Shown here piece by piece: positions 1 to 13,100 of a stretch of 41,134 bases of DNA. The stretch's first letter is position 1; each line of letters opens with the position of its first letter. The stretch is from Sphaeroforma arctica JP610 (taxonomy: Eukaryota): positions 1 through 41,134 of the forward strand of contig NW_014039860.1 of assembly GCF_001186125.1 (NCBI RefSeq). The letters are read 5' to 3'. The position numbers and the translations under genes are program-made. Below the pieces are notes generated by a model. That model made no database searches. It was not told the origin of the DNA and worked only from the letters and a program-made list of their open reading frames with translations.

Positions 1-462
1 ATATATATATACATGTACACACATATGTATTTTTACTCATAAACGTTTTCATATATACATTTTGGCCTCTGTAAAAATTCATGGTCTCGCTGGAGTCTGG
101 ATTTGGGTCTCGACTCTCGAGTCGTAGCGGAAATCGTAAATTTATTGCAGACCCAAATCCAGAGGGAATAAGAAAAAAATCAGCTGAATTTGGTTCGGTC
201 CAAACTTTTGGACGAAATAAAATATGTACGAGAACTATAAAAAAAAAAGACATAGTGAGCGGTGGCAAACTGGCAATGAGTGTGATACTCTGTGTGTCTG
301 TACTTAGTCTGGGACGGTGTTCAATTTATTTAAAAGGCGATGTACAATCATATTTAAGTTCATACTGCATCACATTTCAATCGATGAGTTCACAATACAC
401 GCCACATACCTTTAAAAAAGTCATACACATGTATGTATATAGTAGAGAAATTTAGGAGCGTT

Positions 463-889
463 ATGCACAACATCAATATGGTGGAATCAGTGCTCCCCGT
501 TGGGCCGTATGGACATGGAAATGGCTTGTGGGAATATAACTCACGTCGTGACATGCAGGAGGTTATTCCGGGTGTTTTCCTAGGTATGTGGCTGTTGAAA
601 TCTGTATGCTAAGACACCAAGCGGACACGAAATCACAAGAATGTCAACATACGTACACAAGTGATAATATAGAGGATTTGAAAATGAAGCTTTCAGGGAT
701 ATCTATCTATTGTACAGACCTATCATACTTGTGATTTGGATATCTTACGAGTATCAAAAAAAAATTAAACGAATACGAGGACTATATTCCTTAGACTTCT
801 AGCAGCGAAATTTAGGTTTACTAGGCGAACGGTTAGAAATGCGAACACGTTTGGGGTGTAGAAGACAAATATACAAACATGTAAACTCA

Positions 890-973
<84 letters not shown>

Positions 974-1344
974 GATATAGATACATATATATATATATAT
1001 ATATATATNNNNNNNNNNNNNNNNNNNNNNNNNNNNNNNNNNNNNNNNNNNNNNNNNNNNNNNNNNNNNNNNNNNNNNNNNNNNNNNNNNNNNNNNNNNN
1101 NNNNNNNNNNNNNNNNNNNNNNNNNNNNNNNNNNNNNNNNNNNNNNNNNNNNNNNNNNNNNNNNNNNNNNNNNNNNNNNNNNNNNNNNNNNNNNNNNNNN
1201 NNNNNNNNNNNNNNNNNNNNNNNNNNNNNNNNNNNNNNNNNNNNNNNNNNNNNNNNNNNNNNNNNNNNNNNNNNNNNNNNNNNNNNNNNNNNNNNNNNNN
1301 NNNNNNNNNNNNNNNNNNNNNNNNNNNNNNNNNNNNNNNNNNNN

Positions 1345-1406
<62 letters not shown>

Positions 1407-2845
1407 CTATACATATATATATATGAAAGAGAGCTAGTGTGTGTGTTTGTATATATTTGATATATACATATATATATATATATATATTCGTACCCATAAA
1501 TACAAATACATATGTTCAATTAGCGATATTCGATTCTTTTTTTAATATTGGTCTATCACTATGTATGAGGTTATGAGAACACGTCTATGCATTTGTGCAA
1601 TGTAAAACATCTAAAATGTATAAATAGGTATTCACTTCTACTAATCCCAAAACATGTGTATCATTCTACTGAATATATACTCCTTGCACGATGGTACTTT
1701 GAAAATGTTACATAACGATGATTATACAAAACGTATATATTCTTGTCACCTGTCGTATTCTTTGGTACACATATAGGACCATACTCGTGTGCTCTGCGTC
1801 AGAATGTCGAGCGATTAGAGCGGTGTAATGTGACGCATGTGGTGTGCATTCGGCACACCAAAGAAGCGTGTGTGATACGACCGAACTCACCAGACAGGTT
1901 CAAGTATCTGGTTTTGACCGTCGCGGATGACCCGGAGGAGAACATCATCCACCACTTCCCTGTGGTATGTAATGTATGCCTCACATGTGCATGTTGTCTT
2001 CTCTGTGCGTGTCTGGTACGCAGTCATATAAGCCTTGATCATTATACAAGTGTATCCATCCCCATGGTATGCGAGTTTGCTTGCATCACGTTGGTTCCTT
2101 ACTGGGCTGCCGGGGATCGTCAAAAGTTCTGTATATATATATATCCCATGATTCAGACTAGACCTCAACTCTGAGTGGGTGCTACCCCGTCCATTGATAG
2201 CCTCGATGTGACTTGGCTGTTCAGAGGGGCTGCCCATCCCCTCCCATCCCCGATGACACCACGTACCCGTCCAAACGTTAACGTCTTATCGCATTGAATT
2301 CCGCTCACAGTTCCGTGATTTCATAAACGAAGCCCAACGCAACGGCACAAAAGCGCTGGTGCATGGTAACGCAGGGATCTCACGCAGTGCGGCATTGGTG
2401 ATTGCGTATGGGATGGAGTACTACAACACATCGTTCGAAGACGCCTTCAAGGTCATCCAGTCGTACAGATTCTGCATACACCCCAGCGAAGCCTTCTGCT
2501 ACCAACTCAAGGTATATGCCATGTGTGTAGTTAGTTACAACACAATTCAAGGTGTATTCCATGTGTGTGTACTCTCACACTCTTAGGCATGCGTCGTGCG
2601 TTTGTATCCGGGGGTGTGCATTTATGTGTAGTAGGTGCTACGTATATTCGGTAGATACAATTTGTATGTATGGTATTTGCTAAACTCGCGTGTACGGATT
2701 ATGTAATCACAAACAGGAGTACGAGAATATATATAAGGCGAGGGCAAGTCAGGGCAACGGACGGATACAAAGCAGCAGAAAGAGGCAAAACCGCGAAGAT
2801 GCCGATGACGGGGATAGAGGCAACGGTCAAACTATGCTGATGTGA
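463..2845 (+). CDS. STYX: STYX-type serine/threonine/tyrosine-interacting protein (catalytically dead dual-specificity phosphatase), 4 exons, ~212 aa
   Basis: Exons 463-583, 1777-1964, 2311-2511 and 2717-2845 have GT-AG introns with compatible phases. Translation MHNINMVES...WEYNSRRDMQEVIPGVFLGPYSCA...THVVCIR...FKYLVLTVADDPEENIIHHFP...LVHGNAGISRSAALVIAY...RFCIHP...QLKEYENIY closely follows animal STYX, including the diagnostic HGNAGISRS (Cys->Gly) loop. Confidence 0.95.
893..1424. repeat. (TA)n/(CA)n microsatellite with assembly gap (N 1009-1344) in STYX intron 1
   Basis: Directly visible dinucleotide runs flanking the N block. Confidence 0.95.
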
Positions 2846-2872
2846 GCAACCTTCTCACTTACAACCACGGCA

Positions 2873-2976
2873 CACCAACACGTACAAAGCTTATAATAAC
2901 GACTCACCAACAGATACAAAGGCTATAATAATATAATAATGGCTCACCAACACATACAAAGGTTATAATAATGGCA
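2873..2976. repeat. Degenerate tandem repeat (~31-41 bp unit, 3 copies) in the STYX 3' region
   Basis: caccaacaNNtacaaag(c/g)(t/c)tataataa recurs three times. Confidence 0.75.
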
Positions 2977-3465
2977 CACACATGTGCACAGTGCTCGACA
3001 GGCTAGGAGCACAAAAGCAGACTTAAAAAGAACGCCAATCAAAGGACATACCAACGCACACCATATACGTACGACTCTGTACCCTAAATGAAGGCACACA
3101 CAGGCGCAACGTGTAGAAGAGACGATCAAGAATCATTTAAAGTTAAGTTGGCGATCACGTAACATGTAGAGACGGGGGCGATCGAAAGGTATACTGCTGC
3201 GCGGCAGACTGGACCATGGCCTATGGGTAACGCAGTTGGTCGGGTGCAGTGTGGGCTATTGCAATGCATTTCTTACGGCCGAACCATAAGCCGTACAGGT
3301 CCATGTGATAGCCCCAGCACACTTGCTCAAATGTACGGAGGGTTGTGTTGCACGAGGCCATCACTCCAGCTCAGGCGTGTGGAGGGTTTTGGTTGCACAA
3401 GACGGATGTCCTGTCTTCGCAGCGGGAGACTTGGCGATTGTATCCAGCCACTCGCACTACAACAG

Positions 3466-3542
3466 AAACAGACCTGATTTTAGTCAACATCAGAAAACAG
3501 ACTGATTTTGGTCTACAATAGCAAACAGACATGATTTTGGTC
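3466..3542. repeat. Degenerate ~29 bp tandem repeat, 3 copies
   Basis: aaacagac(c/-/a)tgatttt(a/g)gtc at ~3466, ~3495 and ~3523. Confidence 0.7.
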
Positions 3543-3631
3543 ACCGGGTGCATGAGCTAGCTCGCGTTAAGCAGTGGCGAAGTGGTATAGGGTTCTGATT
3601 TCCGTTCCCCGCCCCCACCAGACGGTATGCG

Positions 3632-3750
3632 GCCAACTCTGGGTTCAAATGCAGCCAACTCTGGGTTCAAATGCAGCCAACTCTGGGTTTAAATACAGCC
3701 AACTCTGGGTTTAAATGCAGCCAACTCTGGGTTTATATGCAGCCAGCTCG
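3632..3750. repeat. 22 bp minisatellite, ~5 copies
   Basis: Unit gccaactctgggtt(c/t)aaatgca repeated head to tail with few substitutions. Confidence 0.95.
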
Positions 3751-5115
3751 GGGGGTTTACCGCATCATCAGCGAGTGCGAGACCTGATTTGGGTTTCTGG
3801 AGGGACGTCTAATTGTCAATAGTTTGGCAGCGGTCTGTCGGCATCCGCGATGTATTGCGACTAGTACACTATCATGTCATAGCTTTGATTGAGACTCATG
3901 AGACAATGCCACATTAAGGCAAAGCACAGCGCTGTATTAGTGCTACATTGCACTTTCGAATTTTTGATTGATTACTAGTAAGCCAACTCTCAAAAAAACT
4001 TCAGACATGCATATATTATAGTCATACAATGGTCCGTCAGAGATTGTATGACTAACTGAAATAATGTACAGCTCATTCGATACTGTTGGGGCTGCAAATG
4101 AACGGAACAGCTTTGAACAACTTTAGCTTTGGAGGTTATATGACTTAACATCGAAGAAAAAAAATTACAACTCATTGGATACTGTCTACTCACTACACAG
4201 CATTGCAGTTGTGTGTCTCTGCCATAATATTTACTTAAATACGTTTAATGTGTATACACCTGACACACTATCTGCTCTTTTCAGAATTTATAGAACTTAT
4301 CAGCTGCTCTTACAGGATTTATAGAACGTATTCTCAAGAAGGTTGCGTTGCTACTCGTGTCGTTAAATGATGCGCGCTGCGTAATCAATCTGCCAAACCT
4401 TTGAAAGAAAAGAATTCTGGCATCGTACGATATCTTAAAAAAGGAATGATTGTGTGAGACTAATAGATTACGTAGTTACCAGTATACGTAATAACGTAAT
4501 TCTGAAAGTGCGTTGTATTCCGAGGAAAACCAAGTGCAGTATTTACTCACACGTCCCAACTTGAAATATCTATAATAACGGTAGCAATGATTTAAAATTT
4601 TCAGAAGTCTATGTAGACAAGTAGAAGACATATATGTAGTAGTCAATACAGCAATACTATTTACCAGCCCCAAGTCCCCACCAGGTCATCATGCATGAAT
4701 TTTGTTTTTATTTTTATTTTTTATTTCTTATTTATCTCCTCTCCCTTATCACTGATCACATGAAGAAACCCGGCAGAAAAAGCTATGATGTAAATGTGTG
4801 TAATGAAAAATGTAACCACAGCTGGTCTAAAATGCTCCAGTTGCATTTTGCCTTTTGGTGACAATTTCCGGGCGCCGGACAGGCCCAGCTAGAGCTGTTG
4901 TGCTAAATGTACTGGAGCTTGAAATACAAAGCAGATTTAACTATATTCAATACCCCGAGCTTGAGTGCCCGAGCTATATAAATAGCATATATGCATTGCA
5001 CCGATATGTACACATATTGACAAACATACTTGGAATAAAATAGCGTTGCTTACGTCCAGTACTCGACACTACCTCACTTGAATCAAACGTCTCAAAGTTA
5101 CATCTCAAAGTTACA

Positions 5116-6042
5116 ATGGAGGATACATTTATCCTGTCGGTGCTTGGTGCGTGCATATTCGCGGCAGTCGTTGCAGTATGCGCGACATACGGTGTGGAGC
5201 GAATGGGTGGGCTTTTGGGTGGTATATTTGAAACCACCCCTACCACAATCATACCTGCTGCTATAGGCATAGCCAGGTCTGTATCCGACACAAAAGAACT
5301 ATCAAAGGCTATGTCTTCGGTCCCCGTTGGCCTGCTTGTGACGTCCACATTTCTCATGGTGTGGAAATATCTACCTCCGAGGTTAGATGAGCGTATAAGC
5401 TCGAATAAGGGTTTGGCTATAACCATATCCGCGAGTTTGATAACATGGCTCATATTCGCATTGTTCTCTGTGTTTTCACTCCAGGATGTCAGTCAGGATC
5501 GCATGCTTGTAGTAGGGTATTGTAGTGTGGCCGCTCTATTGCTCATAGGCTTTAGCGCGACTTTTTATACCTTCGAGCGTAATCACGCTCTCCCCAATCC
5601 CAAGACGGATATGCCAGAAGAGAAAACACCTGTGAAGACGTTGATTGTGCGTGGTTGCTTCGCCGGGGTGGCTACTGCGGTCACTGTACTTCTGTCGAAG
5701 GTTAATGAGGTCGCCGCAGGGGTGTTCTCCACGTTTCCCAGCATATTCCTGACTACAATGGTCAGTTTGTGGTTATCAAAAGGAGCCAAGCTGGGTATGA
5801 GTGCTGTAGGTCCTATGACGTTAGGATGTGTGAGTGTGTGTGTCTTTGCACTCACGTTCGGGTATTTCGTGGATTCCTTAGGTCTGAATGTATGGATGGC
5901 TGCTTTGGCTTCGTATGTAGCGGGTCTATTGTACAGTACTTTACTTGCATCTGTTATGTGGGCCTCGAAGAAACATCTCAGCCATGCAGACTCGGACGAG
6001 TTGCTGTTAAATGAAGATATGGAGGTGGAGGTTTTGAATTAG
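5116..6042 (+). CDS. Intronless polytopic membrane protein, 308 aa, two DUF3147/GlpM-like halves
   Basis: Long clean ORF with about 8 hydrophobic segments. Internal duplication: FAAVVAVCATYGVERMGGLLGGIFETTPTTIIPAAI vs FAGVATAVTVLLSKVNEVAAGVFSTFPSIFLTTMV. The family call comes from recalled motif resemblance (G..F...P), not from a search. Confidence 0.85.
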   Translation: MEDTFILSVLGACIFAAVVAVCATYGVERMGGLLGGIFETTPTTIIPAAIGIARSVSDTKELSKAMSSVPVGLLVTSTFLMVWKYLPPRLDERISSNKGLAITISASLITWLIFALFSVFSLQDVSQDRMLVVGYCSVAALLLIGFSATFYTFERNHALPNPKTDMPEEKTPVKTLIVRGCFAGVATAVTVLLSKVNEVAAGVFSTFPSIFLTTMVSLWLSKGAKLGMSAVGPMTLGCVSVCVFALTFGYFVDSLGLNVWMAALASYVAGLLYSTLLASVMWASKKHLSHADSDELLLNEDMEVEVLN

Positions 6043-6629
6043 ACACTATCAAATGTTGGTTTGCACCCTGAACATTTTATTTAGATATAGGAATAAATTA
6101 GTATAAGCACAGGATTATATAGCGTAATAGTATATGCTCTATCCAATACGTTTATAGGCTTTTGAAATGAAATACAACAGTCTCTTTTGCATATTTGTAT
6201 GCGATATTCTCTCGTCCCGTCGCTATTATATTGTACGTACAGCACCTTTTCTCGTTTCATATCAGATTATGCTGAATATGCATTGCTGAATGTTATCGCT
6301 GGTTCTCTGAAAGAAACGATAATCGGATGGTTTGTTTTAAATCTCACTAACTTGCCTTTTCTTGACCGAACTAACCCTGTGTAGCTTCCGGAACGATACG
6401 CACATGCATGTATGACTGCTAGAGGGCAAGTGCGGTTTTAGGCTAAACGGAAACTGCTAGACCATTACAATCTTGCTAAAGGACCAGGTCTGTTCACGCA
6501 AATCGACTCGGAATTTCATTGCGCCGTCAAATTAATTTCTCGTGGCTTGCTTATACTACGCCTGCTTTTCTCCATATTTAGACCACAGTACCGAGACCTG
6601 CGCATCCATCCGATATCACAACACTTTGT

Positions 6630-6840
6630 TGATGTGCAAATGGTTCATGTTCTGTTGTTGATTTACACATCATTGTCACTCTGCCGATGTTCAAATGATT
6701 CATACTCTCTTGTTGATTTACACATCAGTGTCACTTTGCCGATGTCCAAATGATTCATACTCTCTTGTTGATTTACACATCAGTGTCACTTTGCCGATGT
6801 AATAGTTCATGTTCACTTGTTGATTAACGCATCATTGTCG
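6630..6840. repeat. ~55 bp tandem repeat, ~4 copies
   Basis: Unit ttgttgatttacacatca(g/t)tgtcactttgccgatgt(c/t)caaatgattcatactctc repeated, with degenerate end copies. Confidence 0.9.
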
Positions 6841-7846
6841 CAAATCTGCGTTCACTTGAGAATCGCAGAATACGAGAGTTATCTGCGCTATAGATGATAC
6901 ACCAAATATGTGCACTACTTAGAGCAGAGATGGGGTACAGTTGCGTTGCGCTCGTGTGCTTGACAGATGTCTTTTTATTGGATACTACATAGTGTTCAGT
7001 GTAAAGGGAGTATATGTTTATTCGCTGCGCGATTGCGGATAGTGAGCGCTATCCACGTATAGATATTTAATTCACGCGAGTCTGATAGAAAAGAGGGTAG
7101 CTCACATTCAATCGCATTATTTAATTATGTAGAAATGTGGTTAACAAACGAAGCTTTTCAATTCTGTTGGCCATTGTTTCTTCTCGGCTACGTGTAAATG
7201 GTTTCTGATTAATCTTTATATACGCAACGTCAACGTGTATTTTCTGTGTTTAAATATGCCTTCGTCATGAGCAATCCTCTAAAATCGACTGAAAGGACGC
7301 GAGAATGGTTCGAAGTCGAGCGCAACCGGTTCTGCGAGCCAATCCGGTGCATCAGCTGGTGCTGGTCTGTTTTGTTGATACTGATTAGATACACCTGCGT
7401 GTGTATTGCTACTTTACGTGGTGTGAAAAGCAAGAACATCAGCGCCTAGCAAGCATACTTAGTGTGATTTTTCGATTATGAAATCATATTGTGGCTGATT
7501 TCGATACCCAGTGAATAGCAAGCGAACATTACGGTATGCCTTCCTACAAATCTGTTTCGAACATGCGAATGTAACACTCCAGGCAGGAAAGCAAGAAGAA
7601 CAGTTCTTGTAAGTTCAGCGTGTCTACTAGCATCTGGTATCTGTACACACTAACGCACGTATATGCTAATAAAGCAGTGCGCATATCAACATAGACGACT
7701 AAACGCATATGTACGAACGTAGGCACAACGAACGCAGGCACATATACACACACCTCACATGTCTTTCCTATATGTTTAATGTGCATTCTCAAGCCCAACA
7801 TATCAGAAACGTTCTAAATTCGATGATAGGGCCTTGCATACATCAA

Positions 7847-8365
7847 NNNNNNNNNNNNNNNNNNNNNNNNNNNNNNNNNNNNNNNNNNNNNNNNNNNNNN
7901 NNNNNNNNNNNNNNNNNNNNNNNNNNNNNNNNNNNNNNNNNNNNNNNNNNNNNNNNNNNNNNNNNNNNNNNNNNNNNNNNNNNNNNNNNNNNNNNNNNNN
8001 NNNNNNNNNNNNNNNNNNNNNNNNNNNNNNNNNNNNNNNNNNNNNNNNNNNNNNNNNNNNNNNNNNNNNNNNNNNNNNNNNNNNNNNNNNNNNNNNNNNN
8101 NNNNNNNNNNNNNNNNNNNNNNNNNNNNNNNNNNNNNNNNNNNNNNNNNNNNNNNNNNNNNNNNNNNNNNNNNNNNNNNNNNNNNNNNNNNNNNNNNNNN
8201 NNNNNNNNNNNNNNNATATATACATACATAAATACATATATGCATAGATACCCACATGCATACACCTATACGCACTTATATTCAAACACATACATATTCA
8301 TATAAACATACACACAATCACGTGCACACACACACACACACACAAACATATATATATATATATAT

Positions 8366-8400
<35 letters not shown>

Positions 8401-8490
8401 ATGTATGTATGTATATATATATATATATATATAAATATATATATATATGTGTGTGTGAGTATATATATATTTATATATATATATATGCAT
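7847..8490. repeat. Assembly gap (N 7847-8215) followed by (TA)n/(CA)n/(TG)n microsatellite
   Basis: Directly visible. Confidence 0.9.
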
Positions 8491-10186
8491 ATGAACGATT
8501 TTTGGTACGCGTACACTTGGTTGTTTGATTTGCGGTACCGAGTACTGAGAGTGCCGTCTATTGCAAAATATGTATGATTTTCCGAAATAACTGCTATGAG
8601 CATTATTCTCCACAACGGGTGAAGTCAGTATTGCTCCCATAATATACTGTACTCATGGATACATTGTAGGCCCTACAAATCCATCGAGAACGATGTCGTT
8701 GCCATGGACTAAACCATGTCTAAAGGGGCAGGGGTGTGTATTTGCTCAAATACGATTCGCGTGCCTTGAACTTGAAGCGTCACGTGAGTGAAAGCAGCAT
8801 GCAGATATTTAGAGTCTATGTTGATCTTGTACTAAAAATCACTTGTGCCTTGTATTCTCCATCATGATAGTGCATATACCAATGTATGCGTTGCATCGAG
8901 GTGTGATCGAATGTGTGCATGGGAGATATGAGGTGTAGAGGTGCCAGTCTGCATAACGCGACATTTGAGAATAATTCAAAGAAGATTGCGCCGCCTGCAT
9001 ACCTCAAACGTTCCTCGTGTGCGGATTTAAAATTCAGGGTGCCTAGTCCGAGTGTGACTGCATTTGGAGCTCCTTCCAAATGCTGAGATATGTGTAGGAT
9101 ATCAAAAGTATTCATCTTTAACGTTTTTTTTGCGTTGTGACTCGCACATATGAGCAGCGGAAACTCCAATCGAGTACATAAGCATTTGGAGCCGCATGTC
9201 GTTTCTTCCTCGGGGTCACTTGTCACAATCCGGATATGGAACGTATATTAAAAAAAAGTTCATTTACAAGACATTGCGTATCTCCCCTGCCTACCTGATG
9301 CTTCTGATGCTTGTCTACTTGGTGTCTACTGTGAGGTTGTCCATTCTCAGCCACAGAGTCGAAATCCTCCGTGAGCAGTCGATCAAAATCATCCGGTGGG
9401 CCTCTATTATAGTCGAGAGTGGTACTGTCAGTTTGTATCTATTCGTTGTCATGTAGCACCTCTGTGGACCTCTTTGGGGATCCCCGAAACAAATAGTGCA
9501 TACGACATTCTTCCACGCTTGTGCGTGAGCGGGCTCAAGTGTGTTGCATGTAAGTATGTGCGTGCAGTTTGAACACATGAATACTTCACAGTGATCTAGC
9601 TATATAGAACGGCTGTGAGAACGTGTAGCAGCCTGCAGTGAACTGGTGACGGGTCTGATATCTACGTGTACTAAATACATGGCCCTGTACAAGTCTCGCA
9701 AAGATCACAATCTGTGAAAAAATACCATAACGGGCGGTACTATACTATAAATAGAAATTTGTACGTAGTAACGAGGACAATACTATATGGACGTTGCGTC
9801 ATTCACATGGTGTGATCGGTAATCTGTTGTGGTGATTCACCAGGTAAATCTGCTGAATGGCGGGTGCTGCGTGAAAGATGCTATAGCGATCGCATCCCTA
9901 TGACCTACTCAGTTTAGTGATCAAATGTGCCTAATGCATGTACATAGCTTTCACGATTAAACAAAGAGGATCGCCATACAATAGCAATAATAGTGGGCAC
10001 ATGCGCATCATACTTTTCGTTACGGGTGATTGGGACCAGCAAATTGTTCATGGACGTCTCATGTGATGGTAGCCTGTCGAGCACCCCAAAGGTAGAAGTA
10101 GAGAAGCCGGTCAATCATGTATATGAAACGCTCAATATCAATGCGACTATTAAAGTTCACATATTCAACAAAAAATGGTATGGTGC

Positions 10187-13100
10187 TTATTGCTTATATT
10201 TTCCTTGATCCAGGGTTATTCTCACGCAATAATTGGGTCCGCCTACACTTGAGCGTTTTCGCACAGTCACATACCCACATTCGTTCAATCTATGAGATGT
10301 GCGCTGTGGGCTGTGATCCCATCGCCGCTCCTGGTATAAACTGCCCCTTTCAAGCTGTTGCATATCTAGAGGCATCTGCAAACTGTCCATTCCGAGCGTG
10401 CCACTACGTCCATAGTCATTCGCATTTTTAAAAGTGTATGCAGGGCGCTCTGTGCTGCCGGACACCTCTCCATTGATTGATATGTCTGCCTGGTGTGCAC
10501 GTGCTTGACTCGGTGCAGACACACCAGGACGCAGACTATGCATAGGATGTATGGTATGCCGGTCACGTGTTGTCTCGCCAATTTTGCCTTCGTGCATACG
10601 AGGCTGATTAGACACACACATCTCTTGAAAGATGTCCTTGCTTGTGTGCTTGTAAGCTGAGATGGAGTCCTTGCTTGGCTGCTGGTACTGGTTGTTTCCA
10701 ACCACTAGTTTGTATTGACCAAGTGAATGCGCATGTGTATATTGTCTACTTCCATGTGTGCGTCCTCCTGTGTTCTGGGCATTCGTCACTAACCGTGCTA
10801 TGCTATATTGCGGCAAATGCGATACTGGGCCATACACCTTATGACTGTGTCCGTGTGAACTTTGATCATCTTGATGAGTGTGGATATTTGCAACATCAGA
10901 CACTGGTCCGTGCCCGTGCGTATGTGTGTGTGTACGAGTTCCCGCTGATGAGCCCAGAGTGGTGAGCAGTAGTCCCCCGGTGTTGTGTTGGATGCTTCCC
11001 GTGTCGTGTGCATGACATTCTATATCGTCGTTGTGTCGGTTGTGCCGATTGCTCGAATTTTTTTCTCGGTTGTGCACTGTCTGGCTTGACATGGGCTCTC
11101 TGAGTAGCACACTGTGTTGGATGTATTGCGGAGAGTACAGTTACATACATGCGATCCTTATGGTAAGTTTACCTCAGGTGGTAGCTCACAAATGGATCCT
11201 GAGTGCTAGAAATGATTGCCACATACGGGAAAATATCCAGAAAGAAGCTTACCATCCTACATATCACTCTATACATATGAGTTTTGAAGAGCCGTAAGTG
11301 TATGGCATATCTGCTTCTGTATGGCCCTAAAAATCAACGCTCTGAAGAAGTTAACGTACATACCTAGTGTCTATTTGTTCGCTTATGCGCTTGATCCGTG
11401 TTGAGACATAGTCACATCTCGGATTGATAACTATAATATAACCAAAAAACTAAGAATCAATATTTTTCAAAAATCCGCGCTTCGAGATGTCAAGATAGCA
11501 AGTTGACAGAAGACAAAGGAGAACAACTGCTGCAGCCGTATTGAGTGTACCACAAATAATCGTGGTTCAATTACGTTATTTGTACACGCGAAAATATGGA
11601 TCGTCCCAGAAAACTTACGCCTGGGCCCGTTGCAAAGGTGCAACGCGAGCATATAGAACCAGCTAAACTCGGTACTCACTTTTCATGAGACGGGCTGCGA
11701 CCACAACTCAATCAGTTAATCTTCATGTGCATCCTCAACACATATACCTACTTCTGCAATCCCCCACTCTCTCCGACATCCATACTTCTAATATGCGCTT
11801 ATCAATACATGCATGCTACCTTTCCACAACGCAGCAACCCTTTTAATCTCGCGGAGAACAGCCGTGTGCATCTCGGCCTCGCTTGGCACAGGGATAGGCG
11901 AAGGGGTGAAGCCGGCTTGTTGTACGCGTGCCTGGGGGACGGCTGTAATAGAATGGAAAAACCAAATAGTAAAAAACGCAAAGTTAAAGACTCACAGTAG
12001 CATACTTCGGAAATAGACCTACGCGCAATGACTTGGTGGTCATCGAGTCTCCGATACTAACGCTATACCTAAAAGAAAGAAGAAACAAAATATCGTCATT
12101 AAGGTCCACACGACTACACCGTAAGTTACATACCTTCCAGTGATCAGTATACGAAAGCGATACAAATCGAAACTTACACATAAAAAAGCACTTGCCATGC
12201 ATGAGTTTAGGTTTATGCTGTTTTTCCTTGTTCAACGGAGGTGAATGTGCGGATGTCCGATGTTGATGCCTGACCCCCTTGGTCGTGGATTGTTGCGTTG
12301 TTTTGCCCGAGGTCAAGTTTTTACTTTCATCTGGCAAACCTATCGCTTTTATTGTATTGCCCGTTGCGATAATGCGACTAAATAACATTCATGATTCAAA
12401 TAAAGGCCGTGACATCAAAATCCATTGAAACCCGCCGGTATATTACCTACCAAATGTCAGATTTTTCTCTGGTTTTTCGTCATCGTCATATTCCGAAGGT
12501 GTAGATACTACTGGACTATCCCGGCGCTTCCCTTTCATGGTTGTGGAGTATTGGGATGTCTGCGTGGCATTCGTCCTGGTGCTCTCATGTTTACAAATAT
12601 TAGCCGCATCTGTGTCACAGGAATAACATATCATATAGAACTATCAACACCGTTCATCATGAAACTCCACCCATATTATCCTCTAATGTTCATGAAATAA
12701 CTCTACGCCATACAGGCATCTACTTGTGGCGATGAGGCCTGACGCGAAACATCATTTCGGCTGACATACCATATTGAGTGTACAAGTAGTGGATGTACGT
12801 GTCACATCAACAGCATTGAATTACAATTCACAACCATCAAATGTTATAGCTCCCGACGTTCATGATTTACCCAGCACCGCATTCGAAGGATTTAGACCGC
12901 AAACAGTTATTTAGCACATGCAATGAAGCTAAAGTAGTCCAAAACGCAAAATCTCGTAGTGTGTGTGTATCAATTTGCTACGTCAATACTTGTGCTTGTA
13001 AAAAATACCGTTCCCCGAGTCGATGGATGCGGATGAATGGCTAGATTCGGGGCTGACGATACACTTAGGGTTGTGCCGTGACTCTCGTCTAATCGGCGGT

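Noticed and set aside
81..455. 124 aa ORF upstream of STYX
   Set aside because: No recognisable protein features; overlaps the presumed promoter/5'UTR.
765..1519. Long ORFs of YIYI/CVCV/HTHT and X runs (also 7709-8640, 24030-24761, 28279-28578, 33893-34798)
   Set aside because: Artefacts of dinucleotide microsatellites and N gaps.
3466..3750. Repeat clusters as a CRISPR-like array
   Set aside because: Units are head to tail or separated by under 10 related nt, with no unique spacers, no cas genes and a eukaryotic context.
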